Source: Candidatus Poribacteria bacterium
Lineage (GTDB): Bacteria; Poribacteria; WGA-4E; WGA-3G
Assembly (NCBI GenBank): GCA_964291315.2
Contig: OZ219753.1
Location: 2,752,001-2,816,000, forward strand
Reading direction: 5' to 3'
DNA: 64,000 nucleotides
A program made the position numbers and the translations under genes. Shown here piece by piece: positions 1 to 10,919 of the stretch (its first letter is position 1; each line of letters begins with the position of its first letter). The notes under the pieces were generated by a model. The model worked only from the letters and a program-made list of their open reading frames with translations, had not been told where the DNA came from and did no database searches.

Positions 1-245
<245 letters not shown>

Positions 246-270
246 CTTTCTACTTTATTTTCTCGGTAGT

Positions 271-303
271 GAGGTGGGTATATTTACCTGCCTCTTTTTT
301 TTT
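271..303 (+). terminator. Intrinsic terminator after P-II gene
   Basis: GAGGTGGGTA-tatt-TACCTGCCTC stem (with G-U pairs) followed by T9. Confidence 0.85.
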
Positions 304-444
304 CCTCGAACCCAAGAACATCGTTGCGGTGATAATGTGTTCGTCGAAGATATCAATCTTTTTTACTGTGAGAGCGTGTCCATGTGCTCTCCATTCATGT
401 GGACGTTGTAATCTGTCACTGCTAGTTTTGACCTTAATTTTGAT

Positions 445-473
445 TTGACATCCTCAATTTTTTATGCTATTAT
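445..473 (+). promoter_or_regulatory. Sigma70-type promoter of ABC operon
   Basis: TTGACA-N17-TATTAT with extended -10 TG. Confidence 0.65.
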
Positions 474-584
474 TTTATAATATATTTTATTCTTTACACG
501 GCACGGGTTGAAAGAAATATCTTTCGTTCATTTTCCAAGGCGTAATCTGCAAGACTGTATGAGGAAATTAGAAGATTAAAGCGT

Positions 585-1523
585 ATGATTGAAGTTAGAG
601 AACTCACAAAATCTTACGGCACGACAGTTGCTGTCAATCAGGTCACATTTGAGGCACACGCTGGCGAGGTGCTTGGTTTTCTCGGTCCCAACGGTGCGGG
701 TAAGACCACAACGATGCGTATTCTTACCTGCTATCTCTCGGCTGATGCTGGTAGTGCCACTGTTGCTGGATACGATGTATTTGAGGAATCCGTTGAAGTC
801 AGGAAGCATATCGGTTACTTACCTGAAAGTGCTCCGCTTTATACCGATATGGGTGTTATTGAATACCTAAACTTCATGACGCAGGTACGAGATATTCCGA
901 AAAGTCAGCGGAAAGAACGGACACGAACAGTTATCGACATCTGTGGACTTGAGGATGTTATCCAAAAAGACATCGGTGAACTCTCAAAGGGTTACCGCCA
1001 ACGGGTCGGTTTGGCACAAAGTCTCATTCATGATCCGCCTATTTTAATTTTAGATGAACCCACTTCTGGACTTGACCCCAGCCAAATCATCGAGATTCGG
1101 AACTTAATTAAGAATATCGGGCAAGAGAAGCTCGTTCTCTTCAGTACACACATTTTACCTGAAGTCTCTGCGACGTGTAGTCGGATTCTGATTATCAACA
1201 ATGGAACGATTGTGGCGAATGGTACACCAGAGGAGCTCTCCCATCAGGCAAAAGGCGAAGAAATTGTGCATATCACCATCCGAGGTGTGAAAGAGGCGAT
1301 TGAGGCTGAACTAGGCGAGCTAGAATTTGTCTCGCAGTGGAACTGTGTGGGGACGGATGATGGTACAGCTAGCTACCAGATCAATGCGGATCACGGTAGC
1401 GATGCTGCGGAGGCACTGTTTCATATGGTAGTGGAGAATAGGTGGAGTCTCACAGAGCTCCGTCAGGAATCCGTAGACTTAGAGGATGTCTTCCTCAATT
1501 TAACACATAAGGAGCAGGCATAG
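585..1523 (+). CDS. ABC transporter ATP-binding protein (GldA-like)
   Basis: Walker A GPNGAGKTT, signature LSKGYRQR, Walker B ILILDEPT, H-loop STH. Confidence 0.93.
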   Translation: MIEVRELTKSYGTTVAVNQVTFEAHAGEVLGFLGPNGAGKTTTMRILTCYLSADAGSATVAGYDVFEESVEVRKHIGYLPESAPLYTDMGVIEYLNFMTQVRDIPKSQRKERTRTVIDICGLEDVIQKDIGELSKGYRQRVGLAQSLIHDPPILILDEPTSGLDPSQIIEIRNLIKNIGQEKLVLFSTHILPEVSATCSRILIINNGTIVANGTPEELSHQAKGEEIVHITIRGVKEAIEAELGELEFVSQWNCVGTDDGTASYQINADHGSDAAEALFHMVVENRWSLTELRQESVDLEDVFLNLTHKEQA

Positions 1524-1564
1524 CATTACGAAAGTAAAGAGACTGCTTCTACAAACGAAAAATC

Positions 1565-2281
1565 ATGAATAATATTACAGCCATCCTTAAAAAGGAATTT
1601 AAAAGTTATTTTAACTCACCTATTGCGTATATCTTCATCACATTTTTCCTCGGTATCTCTGCCTGGCTCTTCTTTCGTAGTTTTTTTCTTGTAAACCAAG
1701 CGGAAATGCGTGGGTTTTTCGGGCTAATGCCGTGGATTTTCCTATTTTTTATTCCTGCTGTTACCATGAAACTCTGGGCTGAAGAAAAGAAACTCGGCAC
1801 GGTAGAAGTGCTTATGACACTGCCGATTCGGGATTATGAGGTCATCTTGGGAAAATTCTTAGCAAGTTTTGCCTTGCTGGTTGTAACTGTCCTGCTTTCA
1901 CTCGTGCTGCCTTTTTCGGTCATGTATCTTGGGGATCCTGACGGTGGTACATTGATCTCGGGGTACATCGGTCTTCTCTTAATGGGGGGTGCGTATCTTG
2001 CAATCGGGATTTTTGCTTCGACGTTGACCGAGAACCAAATCATCGCTTTTATTTTCGGGATTACTGCTAGCTTCGTGTTGCTCATTATCGGTGAAGATAT
2101 TGTGCTTTTCAATGCGCCGAATTGGCTGTACCCGATCTTCAGCTATCTTGGGCTTGGTGCGCATTACAGTAGTATTCTACGCGGTGTAATCGATTCTCGC
2201 GACATTATCTACTATTTGTCGCTGATCGGTTTCTTTTTATATTTAAGCACATTGTCGGTTGAAAGCCGCAAATGGCGTTAA
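1565..2281 (+). CDS. ABC-2 permease (GldF-like)
   Basis: KKEFKSYFNSPIAY, WAEEKKLGTVEVLMTLP, GKFLA motifs; about 6 TM segments. Confidence 0.9.
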   Translation: MNNITAILKKEFKSYFNSPIAYIFITFFLGISAWLFFRSFFLVNQAEMRGFFGLMPWIFLFFIPAVTMKLWAEEKKLGTVEVLMTLPIRDYEVILGKFLASFALLVVTVLLSLVLPFSVMYLGDPDGGTLISGYIGLLLMGGAYLAIGIFASTLTENQIIAFIFGITASFVLLIIGEDIVLFNAPNWLYPIFSYLGLGAHYSSILRGVIDSRDIIYYLSLIGFFLYLSTLSVESRKWR

Positions 2282-2299
2282 AGAAGGAGGAGAGCTGCT

Positions 2300-3922
2300 T
2301 TGGTTAGCAAGCTGAAATATGGTGGCAACACCCTCGCTTTTGTAGCAATCATTTTTGGCATTCTCGTGCTGATTAACTTTTTGTCCACACGGCGTTTTAT
2401 CCGTGCGGATCTCACTGAGGACAAACGCTACACAATTTCGAAAGCGACGAGAAACGTATTAGACACGCTAGACGACATTGTAACAATTACCGCCTATTTT
2501 TCGACAAATACGGCAGAGGTTGCGAAGCTCCGGCGCGACGTTAGAGATGTGTTGGACGAATACAATGCTTTTTCCAAAAATCTTCAGATCGATTTTGTGA
2601 ATCCTGCTGATTTAGATGATGGACAGAAACAAGAGCTCCGCTTCAAAGGGATTCCTGAAGTGCAAGTTAATGTTGTGAGAACAGATAAAGCGGAGATCGC
2701 GAACGTCTACATGGGGATATCCGTTGGTTACAGCGGTAAAGAAGAAACGCTGCCGATAGTGCGCACAACTGCTAATCTAGAATACGAACTCACCTCTACG
2801 ATTCTCAAAGTTACAACTAAAGAGGCAAAAACTGTCGGGTTTTTGACAGGGCACGGTGAGTTCGATATCAACGATCAAAATTATCAGCAGTTTCGTCAAC
2901 TTTTGGATAAAACTGCCCAAGGTCAATACAATCTGATGTCTGTGAGTTTAGGAGATGGAAAAGGGGTGGATCCGAGCGTTGCGACGTTGATTATTGCAGG
3001 TGCAAAGCGACTGCTCACAGAACGTGAGAAATACGAGATTGATCAGTTCATCATGCGGGGGGGTAGAGCGGTTTTCTTAGTGGATCCGATCCAATTACAA
3101 CCGGGTACTTTGCAAGGTTCGCCGCTAAGCACGGGTCTGAATGATCTGCTTGAACATTACGGAGTTAAACTTGGGAATAATCTCTTGTTGGACCGCAAAT
3201 TCCACGACACTGCGAGATTCCAACAAGGTTTTATGACTGTTATTCAACCGTATCCGTATTTTGTCAAAATTATCAAAGAGAATTTCTCGGTAGAGAACGT
3301 GGTTACCAATGAGTTGGAAACGATGACGCTGCCCTGGACCAGTTCCTTAGACGTTCTTACAAAAGAGGGCATCACAGCGACGCCGTTGGCAAAAACGAGT
3401 GAATTTGGACAGAGCGTTCAAAGTTATTACAACCTGATGCCGAATTCCCCGCTTCCTGAAGCCGAGCTTCAAGTCTACACTGTTGCTGCGGCTCTGGAGG
3501 GGAAGTTTAAGAGCTTCTATGCGGATAAAGAAATTCCGCCGGTGGTGACTGCCACAGATGATGAGGGAAGCGAGGCAGGTGCTTCTGTAGAAGTCGCTGA
3601 GGCACTTCCGATTCAGACTGAGGGTGAACAGACACAAATTGTTATTGTCGGCACGTCGCAATTTCTCACCCAGCTGCGTCCGGATGGCATCAATTTTTTC
3701 TTAAACACCGTGGACTGGCTGACTCTCGGCGATGCGCTTATCGGTATCCGCTCGCATGCTATTACGGATCGCCCCCTCCGAGAAACGGGGGGAATTGAGA
3801 GGGATTTTATCAGATATTTATGTACTATAGGTCTTCCGCTCTTGGTTGTGATTTTTGGACTCGTTCGATATTACCTAAAGCGACGTGCAAAACAATTGGT
3901 AGAAACGTACGGTTCGATATAA
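2300..3922 (+). CDS. GldG-like ABC transporter auxiliary component
   Basis: N-terminal TM, DLTEDKRYTIS, FLTGHGE, DQFIMRGG, NTVDWL, C-terminal TM; TTG start with AAGGAGG RBS. Confidence 0.88.
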   Translation: MVSKLKYGGNTLAFVAIIFGILVLINFLSTRRFIRADLTEDKRYTISKATRNVLDTLDDIVTITAYFSTNTAEVAKLRRDVRDVLDEYNAFSKNLQIDFVNPADLDDGQKQELRFKGIPEVQVNVVRTDKAEIANVYMGISVGYSGKEETLPIVRTTANLEYELTSTILKVTTKEAKTVGFLTGHGEFDINDQNYQQFRQLLDKTAQGQYNLMSVSLGDGKGVDPSVATLIIAGAKRLLTEREKYEIDQFIMRGGRAVFLVDPIQLQPGTLQGSPLSTGLNDLLEHYGVKLGNNLLLDRKFHDTARFQQGFMTVIQPYPYFVKIIKENFSVENVVTNELETMTLPWTSSLDVLTKEGITATPLAKTSEFGQSVQSYYNLMPNSPLPEAELQVYTVAAALEGKFKSFYADKEIPPVVTATDDEGSEAGASVEVAEALPIQTEGEQTQIVIVGTSQFLTQLRPDGINFFLNTVDWLTLGDALIGIRSHAITDRPLRETGGIERDFIRYLCTIGLPLLVVIFGLVRYYLKRRAKQLVETYGSI

Positions 3923-4027
3923 TTTCCCCTATTCGTAAAGAAACAGAATTCACTATAAATATTGCTTATAGGCAAAAAGCGGGTTGATTCTAGATGTCAA
4001 CCTGCACGGAGATTCGACAGTTAGAAA

Positions 4028-4996
4028 ATGAAAACGAAACAACTCCTTATATTAGGCGCTATTTTTGTTGTTCTGGCAATTGTTATTCTGCTCTTCGAGA
4101 ATCCTTTTGGGCAGAGCGAGTACGAGAAGAAAGTTGAAACAGCGACCCCGCTGTTCCCAAACTTCAATAAGGGACAGGTTACAAAAATAGAAATTAATGC
4201 TGATACTGAAAGCACAATACTCTCAAAACAGGACGGCAATTGGGTTGTTACCTCAATGGACGACTATCCGGCAGATAGTGAAGGTATCTCGGAGCTGCTG
4301 TCCAAAGTGGCTGAATTTAAGAACACGCAGCGCGTCTCTAATAACCCGGAAAAACAGGCAGAATTTGAGGTTGATAGCACAGGGGTCGAAGCGAAACTGT
4401 TGGCTGCAGACGATACCCTCCTAGCACACCTATTTGTCGGGAAAACAACCCCTGGATTTCTGAGTAGTTATGTTCGCGTTGCTGATTCCAACGATGTCTA
4501 TGTGGCGCAAGGCTACCTCCAATCTATGTTCAACAAAGGGGCACGGACTTGGAAAGATAGGGCTATCTTCGATTTCAATAAAGGCATTGTCACGCAGTTG
4601 AATATCACTATGCCTGAAGAAAGCGTCGAACTCCGCATTGATGGGGATGGCACGTGGCAGATGCTCAAACCGACTGCTTCGGCTGTCAAGCAAGACGAGG
4701 TTGATTCTCTTCTCACAACCCTTAGCGGATTGGATACCGATGATTTTGCCGAAATGCCAGAGGAGCTCGGCGAATACGGATTGGATACACCGGAATCTAC
4801 TATATCTGCTCTACGCAATGACGGCACAACGGTGACGCTGCACATCGGAAGAGAGGAAGAAGGTAAATACTACGTCAAACGCGATGACAAGGATACTATC
4901 TTCAGACTCTTCAAATCAAATGTTGATAGTTTGATAAAGAAGTCTGATACGCTCCAGGCGGAAGAAGAACCACCAGCCTCAGAGGGAAACGAATAG
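4028..4996 (+). CDS. DUF4340 domain protein
   Basis: N-terminal TM; two repeated units (YPAD.../EYGLDTP..., YVR/YVK); typical last gene of gldAFG-like operons. Confidence 0.8.
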   Translation: MKTKQLLILGAIFVVLAIVILLFENPFGQSEYEKKVETATPLFPNFNKGQVTKIEINADTESTILSKQDGNWVVTSMDDYPADSEGISELLSKVAEFKNTQRVSNNPEKQAEFEVDSTGVEAKLLAADDTLLAHLFVGKTTPGFLSSYVRVADSNDVYVAQGYLQSMFNKGARTWKDRAIFDFNKGIVTQLNITMPEESVELRIDGDGTWQMLKPTASAVKQDEVDSLLTTLSGLDTDDFAEMPEELGEYGLDTPESTISALRNDGTTVTLHIGREEEGKYYVKRDDKDTIFRLFKSNVDSLIKKSDTLQAEEEPPASEGNE

Positions 4997-5053
4997 TGAA
5001 CTTGTTTGGTCGCAAACAACGCGGTGGGGTTGACTGCACCGAAGGAAATTGTT

Positions 5054-5791
5054 GTGAAAAAATTAAAATTTTTGTGTTTATGGGGCATTGCCCTGACTGT
5101 TATAATGTTCATCGGGTGCGATCCACAAATTGTGGCTCCCTTGTTAACGTCCCCGGAGAGTAGGACTATTCATGTCACTGGAAGTGGTTCAGTCGTTGCT
5201 GCCCCGGATATAGCGATGCTCAATTTAGGTGTGTCTGCCGAAAAAACCTCGGTTGCGGAAGCGCGCGAGGCAGCTGCGAGCGCGATGGCAGATGTCATGG
5301 AGTCTCTAGCGGGTAACGATGTCGCTGAAAAAGACATTCAGACCACAAATTTCAGTATCTACCCGCAATACGACTACACGGACAACGGGCGCGTATTGCG
5401 TGGATACACGGTGAGCAACACTGTCAATGCGAAAGTGCGCAAATTGGAGGGGCTCAGTGATATAATTGACGATGCTGCGGCGGCAGGTGGCGATACTGTT
5501 AGAGTAGACGCTGTTCAATTTATGATTGAAGATCCTACGGCGTTACAGACTCAGGCGAGGGTTTTGGCAGTAAAGAAAGCCGAGATGAACGCGGTAACCT
5601 TAGCAGAAGCGAGCGGTGTTACTCTCGGAAAACCTATCACTATCACAGAGAGTAGCTCTGGTGGCAGCAACCACATTGCTTTTGCGGAGCAAGCATCACT
5701 CGCTGATGATAGTTCTCGGAGTTCAACGCCAGTTCAAGTGGGCGAACTCACGGTTACCGTGAATGTCACTATTGTCTATGAAATTAATTGA
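5054..5791 (+). CDS. SIMPL (DUF541) domain lipoprotein
   Basis: GTG start after AAGGA; lipobox FIGC; IHVTGSGSVVAAPDIA, DIQTTNFSIYPQY, GVTLGKPITITE. Confidence 0.88.
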   Translation: MKKLKFLCLWGIALTVIMFIGCDPQIVAPLLTSPESRTIHVTGSGSVVAAPDIAMLNLGVSAEKTSVAEAREAAASAMADVMESLAGNDVAEKDIQTTNFSIYPQYDYTDNGRVLRGYTVSNTVNAKVRKLEGLSDIIDDAAAAGGDTVRVDAVQFMIEDPTALQTQARVLAVKKAEMNAVTLAEASGVTLGKPITITESSSGGSNHIAFAEQASLADDSSRSSTPVQVGELTVTVNVTIVYEIN

Positions 5792-5915
5792 GATTTTTCG
5801 CAGCTATGAGATGAGGTGCCTGCTTAGGTTGTATCGGTAAATTGGTGGAGATGTTAGCGTGCCGGCATAATGTGGTGGAGTCTCATAAATCTGTCGGCAT
5901 TTCCAAAGGTCGACT

Positions 5916-5945
5916 TGACAAAAAAGCGGCATTGATAGTATGATG
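5916..5945 (+). promoter_or_regulatory. Putative promoter of defence operon
   Basis: TTGACA-N18-TATGAT upstream of 6030. Confidence 0.5.
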
Positions 5946-6029
5946 AAGTTAGGGTTGACATAACGAATACGACTTTTCACGTAAATCTGATGGCACAATA
6001 CTGTTGCTTGATGCACGCTATAAATAGTT

Positions 6030-7988
6030 ATGATAACATACGAACAATGGAATAAAGCAATAATATCTTACTTTTTTGAAGAGAACGAATCAGGTCAAAT
6101 TGTTTTCTTGCAAACCAATGCTGAAGTTCTTTCTGAAATTGCAGAACTTTTCGATTTCGACATAGCAGATGCCGTCGCGAGTTTTAAAGAATCTGTCAGA
6201 AACAAGGTGGTTGCTTCGAAGACAGTCAACCTCTGGACAGTCAACCCTAATTCTATATTGTCGGAAGACCACTCCGAAAAATATCCACCCCAAGTTGCTT
6301 TTCTTGCTCTCACAGTACTTGCAGCGAGTCTGATGGACGCTGAAGGTTCTGTTGGCTCTCATAATTATTACATTCGTCTCAATGAGTTATTGTTTGAGCA
6401 GTCGGTTAAAGGTGCACCCAAAGGTTTTGATCACGCCCAATTTGAAAATTTCTGGAAGCATCTCCGAAGATGGGCAACTGATCGGCAGGATGTTGAACTC
6501 TATCTAACCCCAGGTTCATCAAGCAGTAGGTACGTCTGGTATCCAAAGTCACAATGCTTGATTAGTAAGCGTGATCGAAGGGCCATTTATCGGTTCTTTC
6601 GCGAGTACGACTTAAATCCCTTTTCAAAAATGTCAGATAACCAACTTGAAAGAAATCTTCGTGCTTGGTTACGAAGACCTGCCGGATCTACCAAGATTGA
6701 ACGTTATTTCTCCAATAGATCGTATAAAAGGTCAATTATCAGTCAGGTTAAATCGATTCTGGAACATTGGGATAATGAAATTCCACCTGACCCGCCTCGC
6801 GATGAAAAACAGACTAGTGCCTCAATCCATGTTGAAATTCGATTCGATCCACCTGACAATAATGCCGAAATTCGCTACTGGTTCCCAAGACGCGGTAGAG
6901 ATGAAACACTTTGCAAAACTAATCTCCTAGAGTTTCAATATCTACAACCGTCACCCTTAGAAAAATGGTTTCGACCAATTATTGATAGCAGCGGTACGTT
7001 TTGGTCCCTACGAGATACTCTGCAATTGCAAACGGATGAGGCCAACTCAATAATTTATACACTAAGTTATTCCGATATCTGGATTTTCAGGAAAGACCCT
7101 GATCGTGACGATAGTTGGCTGTCCCAACGAAACATGCAGAGGTATGAAGATCATTTAATAATATTTCACAAGCGGCTCGTTGATCAGGTTGTAGATTGCT
7201 TAAGACAAACTTGTGAACAAGAGTTTGAAGAATGCAATACTATCCATGTTAATGGGAAAGAAAACGATTGGTTGTACCTGCAAGTTGAGCCCACCAAATT
7301 TGCCTCTTTTCCAGAGAAAGATCTCTGGAAACTTTCTGTCGTTTCGAGTAAGCGGATAGGTCTTATTGGTGGACTATCGGTCACAAACCAAAATGGCCGC
7401 AAGGCTTATGTTGATTTCTGCCTTCCCACTGTTTTCGTTCCTGATCTCGGGCTTCCTGATAAAGAAAATTTGTGGATTGGTGGACGAGCGTTTGCAGTTG
7501 ACGCAGATAGGCGTATTAAGCTAGATGGTGTACTGGATCCGGGATCTCATCTGCTTACCTATGCGGAGCAAACAAGAGAATTACATGTTATTTCTCCGGA
7601 ATGTTCATTGGCACATCACGAACGCACTTTAATTGCCTTTATATCCGAAAACCGGACAACAATGCCTACGTATGCTGTAAAAGAGATTTCAGAAATTTCG
7701 GAGGGATCAAATACCTGGTTTACAGGTGCAAAACTTATAGGAGATATTCCCCCCCTACCTCCAGTTAATGAAGAATTCTTTAGAATTCCTGCACATATTA
7801 TATCGTCTGTTGTGAAAATAGCGATTGATCTTAAACAGAACAAGAATTCAACCCCAGAATGGTTTGATGAGCTAATTGAATATTTGGACCAGAACGTTAT
7901 CCTCCGAGCATTTGTTGAAAAAAAGTTAAATATCTACAACGAGACAGCCTTGTCTTATGCGGAACTCCGGAAACAAATAGGTAGATAG
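6030..7988 (+). CDS. Druantia-like accessory protein 1 (hypothetical, 652 aa)
   Basis: YEQWNKAIISYFF N-terminus of the type seen upstream of DUF1998 helicases; AT-rich; first gene of a tightly packed operon. Confidence 0.6.
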   Translation: MITYEQWNKAIISYFFEENESGQIVFLQTNAEVLSEIAELFDFDIADAVASFKESVRNKVVASKTVNLWTVNPNSILSEDHSEKYPPQVAFLALTVLAASLMDAEGSVGSHNYYIRLNELLFEQSVKGAPKGFDHAQFENFWKHLRRWATDRQDVELYLTPGSSSSRYVWYPKSQCLISKRDRRAIYRFFREYDLNPFSKMSDNQLERNLRAWLRRPAGSTKIERYFSNRSYKRSIISQVKSILEHWDNEIPPDPPRDEKQTSASIHVEIRFDPPDNNAEIRYWFPRRGRDETLCKTNLLEFQYLQPSPLEKWFRPIIDSSGTFWSLRDTLQLQTDEANSIIYTLSYSDIWIFRKDPDRDDSWLSQRNMQRYEDHLIIFHKRLVDQVVDCLRQTCEQEFEECNTIHVNGKENDWLYLQVEPTKFASFPEKDLWKLSVVSSKRIGLIGGLSVTNQNGRKAYVDFCLPTVFVPDLGLPDKENLWIGGRAFAVDADRRIKLDGVLDPGSHLLTYAEQTRELHVISPECSLAHHERTLIAFISENRTTMPTYAVKEISEISEGSNTWFTGAKLIGDIPPLPPVNEEFFRIPAHIISSVVKIAIDLKQNKNSTPEWFDELIEYLDQNVILRAFVEKKLNIYNETALSYAELRKQIGR

Positions 7989-7990
7989 AT

Positions 7991-10036
7991 ATGCAAGGAA
8001 AACCATATCCAGAAGCAAAGCGAAGAATTTTAGTAAATCTCAGTATAGCAAATTTCATCACTTTTTTAGAAGAAGTGACAGATTCTCAAGGAAAACTATT
8101 TATTTCACATCAATTACTCCCAAAAAATGTGAAAGGATTTCGCAAGGGGCGGGCCCCATTCAAACAAACAGTTCCAAAGTTGATTGCAAAATTAAAAAAA
8201 GAACAAGAACTCACAAATAGGGATTCCCCAATTTGGGATTCGTTCGAGAAAGTCTGGATGTTCTGGATTAAATCTTATCCTGAATTAGATAAAACCCTAA
8301 GAGTATTTGACAATAAAAAAGACTTTGATGATGACTACAACTGTATCATACCACCGAATAGCGACTTAGATATTGAGTGCTTTAAATTTTTGTTAAAAGC
8401 TAGTCACAATGCTCCGATTCATCAGGAGATGGTTACTTGCTTTTACGAATATGGTTACTTCAATGAAGATGAACGGATTCAAAATTTAATCAACCAAATA
8501 CCCTCTCGTGAGGAAATTCAACGGAGAGAACAATTAGCAGAGCTGCCATGTAAAGTTGATGAATTGTCCCAGACTATTGATGTTTTTTTTCAAAATATTG
8601 AAAATCTTAAGTCGCGAATTTCCGCCATGGAATCTGCCAATGAACTAGGAACAAAGCTCACTGAACAAATAGCAATAGTGCGTCAGTACTTTGATACTGA
8701 ACTGCAACAACTTGAACAAACAATGATAAACAAACATAGCCAATTTGACAATCGGATTTCTAGTATAGAGTCGAATTCTAAGCAGTCGGTTGGCTTGATA
8801 AGAAGAGGAATCAGTTCACTTAAGGCAGAGCTTTTCGACCTTAGCCAATCGGTTAATTCATTAGCAAATGAACTTACTGAGATAAAATCTGTCAATAGAG
8901 AGGAAATTGATAGATTGATAAATCAGCAAGTGCAAGGTAGAATCAAACAACTAAACTCACAAATGCCACGGGGGATCGAATCTTTTGAAATGAGACTCGC
9001 GGCAGCAGAGAACGCTATTTCTGAAATTAAATCAGAAATGACTGATGGACCCAAAATGTCTATTCAAGCTCTAAAAATTGGAAAAAGGCACAAAACCACA
9101 TTAAAGAAAAAAGCAGAACGTTACTGTGATGAAAATGAGTATCTGGACGATTTCTGCCATTGTCTACAAAGATTTGGCATAATTGATTACGCAGATAAAG
9201 AAATAGCTCCTGCTATTCATATCGCGCTGAAAACGTTTCCTGCAATTGAGATTATTGATGATGCACGAATTATTAAGGTTTGGAGGTTAATGTGCGATCA
9301 CCACTTTCAACTTACAACCATCAATGTAGAAATGGGATGGCTTGGATTACAAGATTGGTTTCCTACTCTTTTTGCCCAACAGTGTTTCGGAGAAAGACTA
9401 GAGCCTGTTGAGCTTGAGGCTTCCATTAAGAAAATGATTGAACTTGGAGATATGCCGTGGGTGATATATTTCCGCTATTGCGATAGGTCATTTCCAGATA
9501 TTTATCTGTCAGGTTTTCTGGACTGGATTGGCGGTTCTTGCCACAAAGGCATTAAAACGTTCCTAATACGTTGTTCCGGAACTAATCGTTGCAAGACGAA
9601 CGAAAATTTTTATGAGCGAATAGCGCGTTTGCCCAAACCCAAGGATCATGCTCCTATTGAGTCAATGAACTTAAAACCTTCTAGGATTCCTCTTACATTA
9701 TCTAAATGGCACTCTTGGTGTCAATCGAATCCTAATATCGCCCCCCAATACAGAGAACCCGATGACCTTCTTGAAAAAATGAGATCGGTCGTTGGAAAAA
9801 GGGGGTGGGAAATTCCAAGAGTGCTTCTTAGAGAAACCCAACATTACCTTCGACTTTCACACAATATTATGGCTCCAAAGCGCGCGCTTGATTGGGCATT
9901 GACCTTACGATTTTTGCCATGGATTGGAAACCGACACCGGTTGATTGAAACAGTACAAGACCTCCTTAATAACGGTAATCAAGAATTACCTCATTTTCAA
10001 GAAGGTCTACAAATAGCACGAGAGGCAGGCGAATGA
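7991..10036 (+). CDS. Druantia-like accessory protein 2: coiled coil plus degenerate McrB-like AAA domain (681 aa)
   Basis: Heptad-rich central region. C-terminal motifs INVEMGWLGLQDWF, PWVIYFRYCDRSFPDIYLSGFL and ALDWALTLRFLPWI parallel McrB-family AAA motifs, with no Walker A/B. Confidence 0.55.
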   Translation: MQGKPYPEAKRRILVNLSIANFITFLEEVTDSQGKLFISHQLLPKNVKGFRKGRAPFKQTVPKLIAKLKKEQELTNRDSPIWDSFEKVWMFWIKSYPELDKTLRVFDNKKDFDDDYNCIIPPNSDLDIECFKFLLKASHNAPIHQEMVTCFYEYGYFNEDERIQNLINQIPSREEIQRREQLAELPCKVDELSQTIDVFFQNIENLKSRISAMESANELGTKLTEQIAIVRQYFDTELQQLEQTMINKHSQFDNRISSIESNSKQSVGLIRRGISSLKAELFDLSQSVNSLANELTEIKSVNREEIDRLINQQVQGRIKQLNSQMPRGIESFEMRLAAAENAISEIKSEMTDGPKMSIQALKIGKRHKTTLKKKAERYCDENEYLDDFCHCLQRFGIIDYADKEIAPAIHIALKTFPAIEIIDDARIIKVWRLMCDHHFQLTTINVEMGWLGLQDWFPTLFAQQCFGERLEPVELEASIKKMIELGDMPWVIYFRYCDRSFPDIYLSGFLDWIGGSCHKGIKTFLIRCSGTNRCKTNENFYERIARLPKPKDHAPIESMNLKPSRIPLTLSKWHSWCQSNPNIAPQYREPDDLLEKMRSVVGKRGWEIPRVLLRETQHYLRLSHNIMAPKRALDWALTLRFLPWIGNRHRLIETVQDLLNNGNQELPHFQEGLQIAREAGE

Positions 10037-10908
10037 ATCGCGTGGAAACGAACGTCTTTGATGGACTGCTTTATTACTTATCGCACACAGGAAAGTTAAG
10101 TTGGGGAAACTTCAAGGAAGCAATTAGGTGCCTGACGAGGGATAATCCAAGCTTTAAACAATCCACCTACCTCATATCTCTTGCCCGCCTGGGGCATCTT
10201 GATTTTGACCCGATGCTTTTATCCTATGTCAATATTGCTCCGGCTGTTCTTGTGGAAACAGCAATGGAAAATCAATATGTCCTTGTAGGTAGTCGAGTAC
10301 CCAGTTTTCTTGCAGACGTTAAGGAATGTGTTTCCAGAAATAGTGGAAAATTCCTATTAATCCCAGAAAAATATGCTCCGACGACTGTTGTCTTAAGTGA
10401 ATTGACAGAAAAAGCGTTGGCATCCCTCGAAAATTTGGGTATTCATATTAGTTTTGAATTTTCGGAAAAACTGTCACGCATATTGCCTCGGCCAAAACTC
10501 ATGGATCTTCAAAGTAAACCACCTTCTGTTCCCAGCCTGATAAAAAAGTTTAATCTTACTACATTGGACTATGAACCAATAAATGATGGGGAGCACATAA
10601 ATGGACTCTATCAAGTTCCACAACATGGACCTGATGTTTACATTTTAAGATTTGGGAATCATGAGCGAAGAGTACCACGTGATTGGGCAGAATGGAATGT
10701 ACTTGCTGGAACTTCTGGATTAATCTCTTACGAAGAAAAATCTCAAATATGGCGTATCACGAACAAATTGCGTGTACCAATAATTGTAGATCGGTGTGCG
10801 ACACTTTGCTCAGGGCATCCACCAAAGGTAAGGGATAATTTCGTCTGTTATTCCAATGTGCCAGTTGACGTAGCAAAACGATTAACAAAATCGCTCTATC
10901 AAAATTAG
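10033..10908 (+). CDS. Druantia-like accessory protein 3 (hypothetical, 291 aa)
   Basis: LLYYLSHTGKLSW, LARLGHLDFD, RCATLCSG.P; ATGA overlap with the previous gene. Confidence 0.6.
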   Translation: MNRVETNVFDGLLYYLSHTGKLSWGNFKEAIRCLTRDNPSFKQSTYLISLARLGHLDFDPMLLSYVNIAPAVLVETAMENQYVLVGSRVPSFLADVKECVSRNSGKFLLIPEKYAPTTVVLSELTEKALASLENLGIHISFEFSEKLSRILPRPKLMDLQSKPPSVPSLIKKFNLTTLDYEPINDGEHINGLYQVPQHGPDVYILRFGNHERRVPRDWAEWNVLAGTSGLISYEEKSQIWRITNKLRVPIIVDRCATLCSGHPPKVRDNFVCYSNVPVDVAKRLTKSLYQN

Positions 10909-10919
10909 GAGACTGTTAT

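Noticed and set aside
585-4996. Gliding motility system
   Set aside because: GldAFG-like ABC operons with DUF4340 are widespread in non-gliding bacteria, and no gldK-N or spr genes are present
5792-6029. att site or tRNA at the defence island boundary
   Set aside because: No cloverleaf, no convincing direct repeat with the 16320-16410 end, and no integrase
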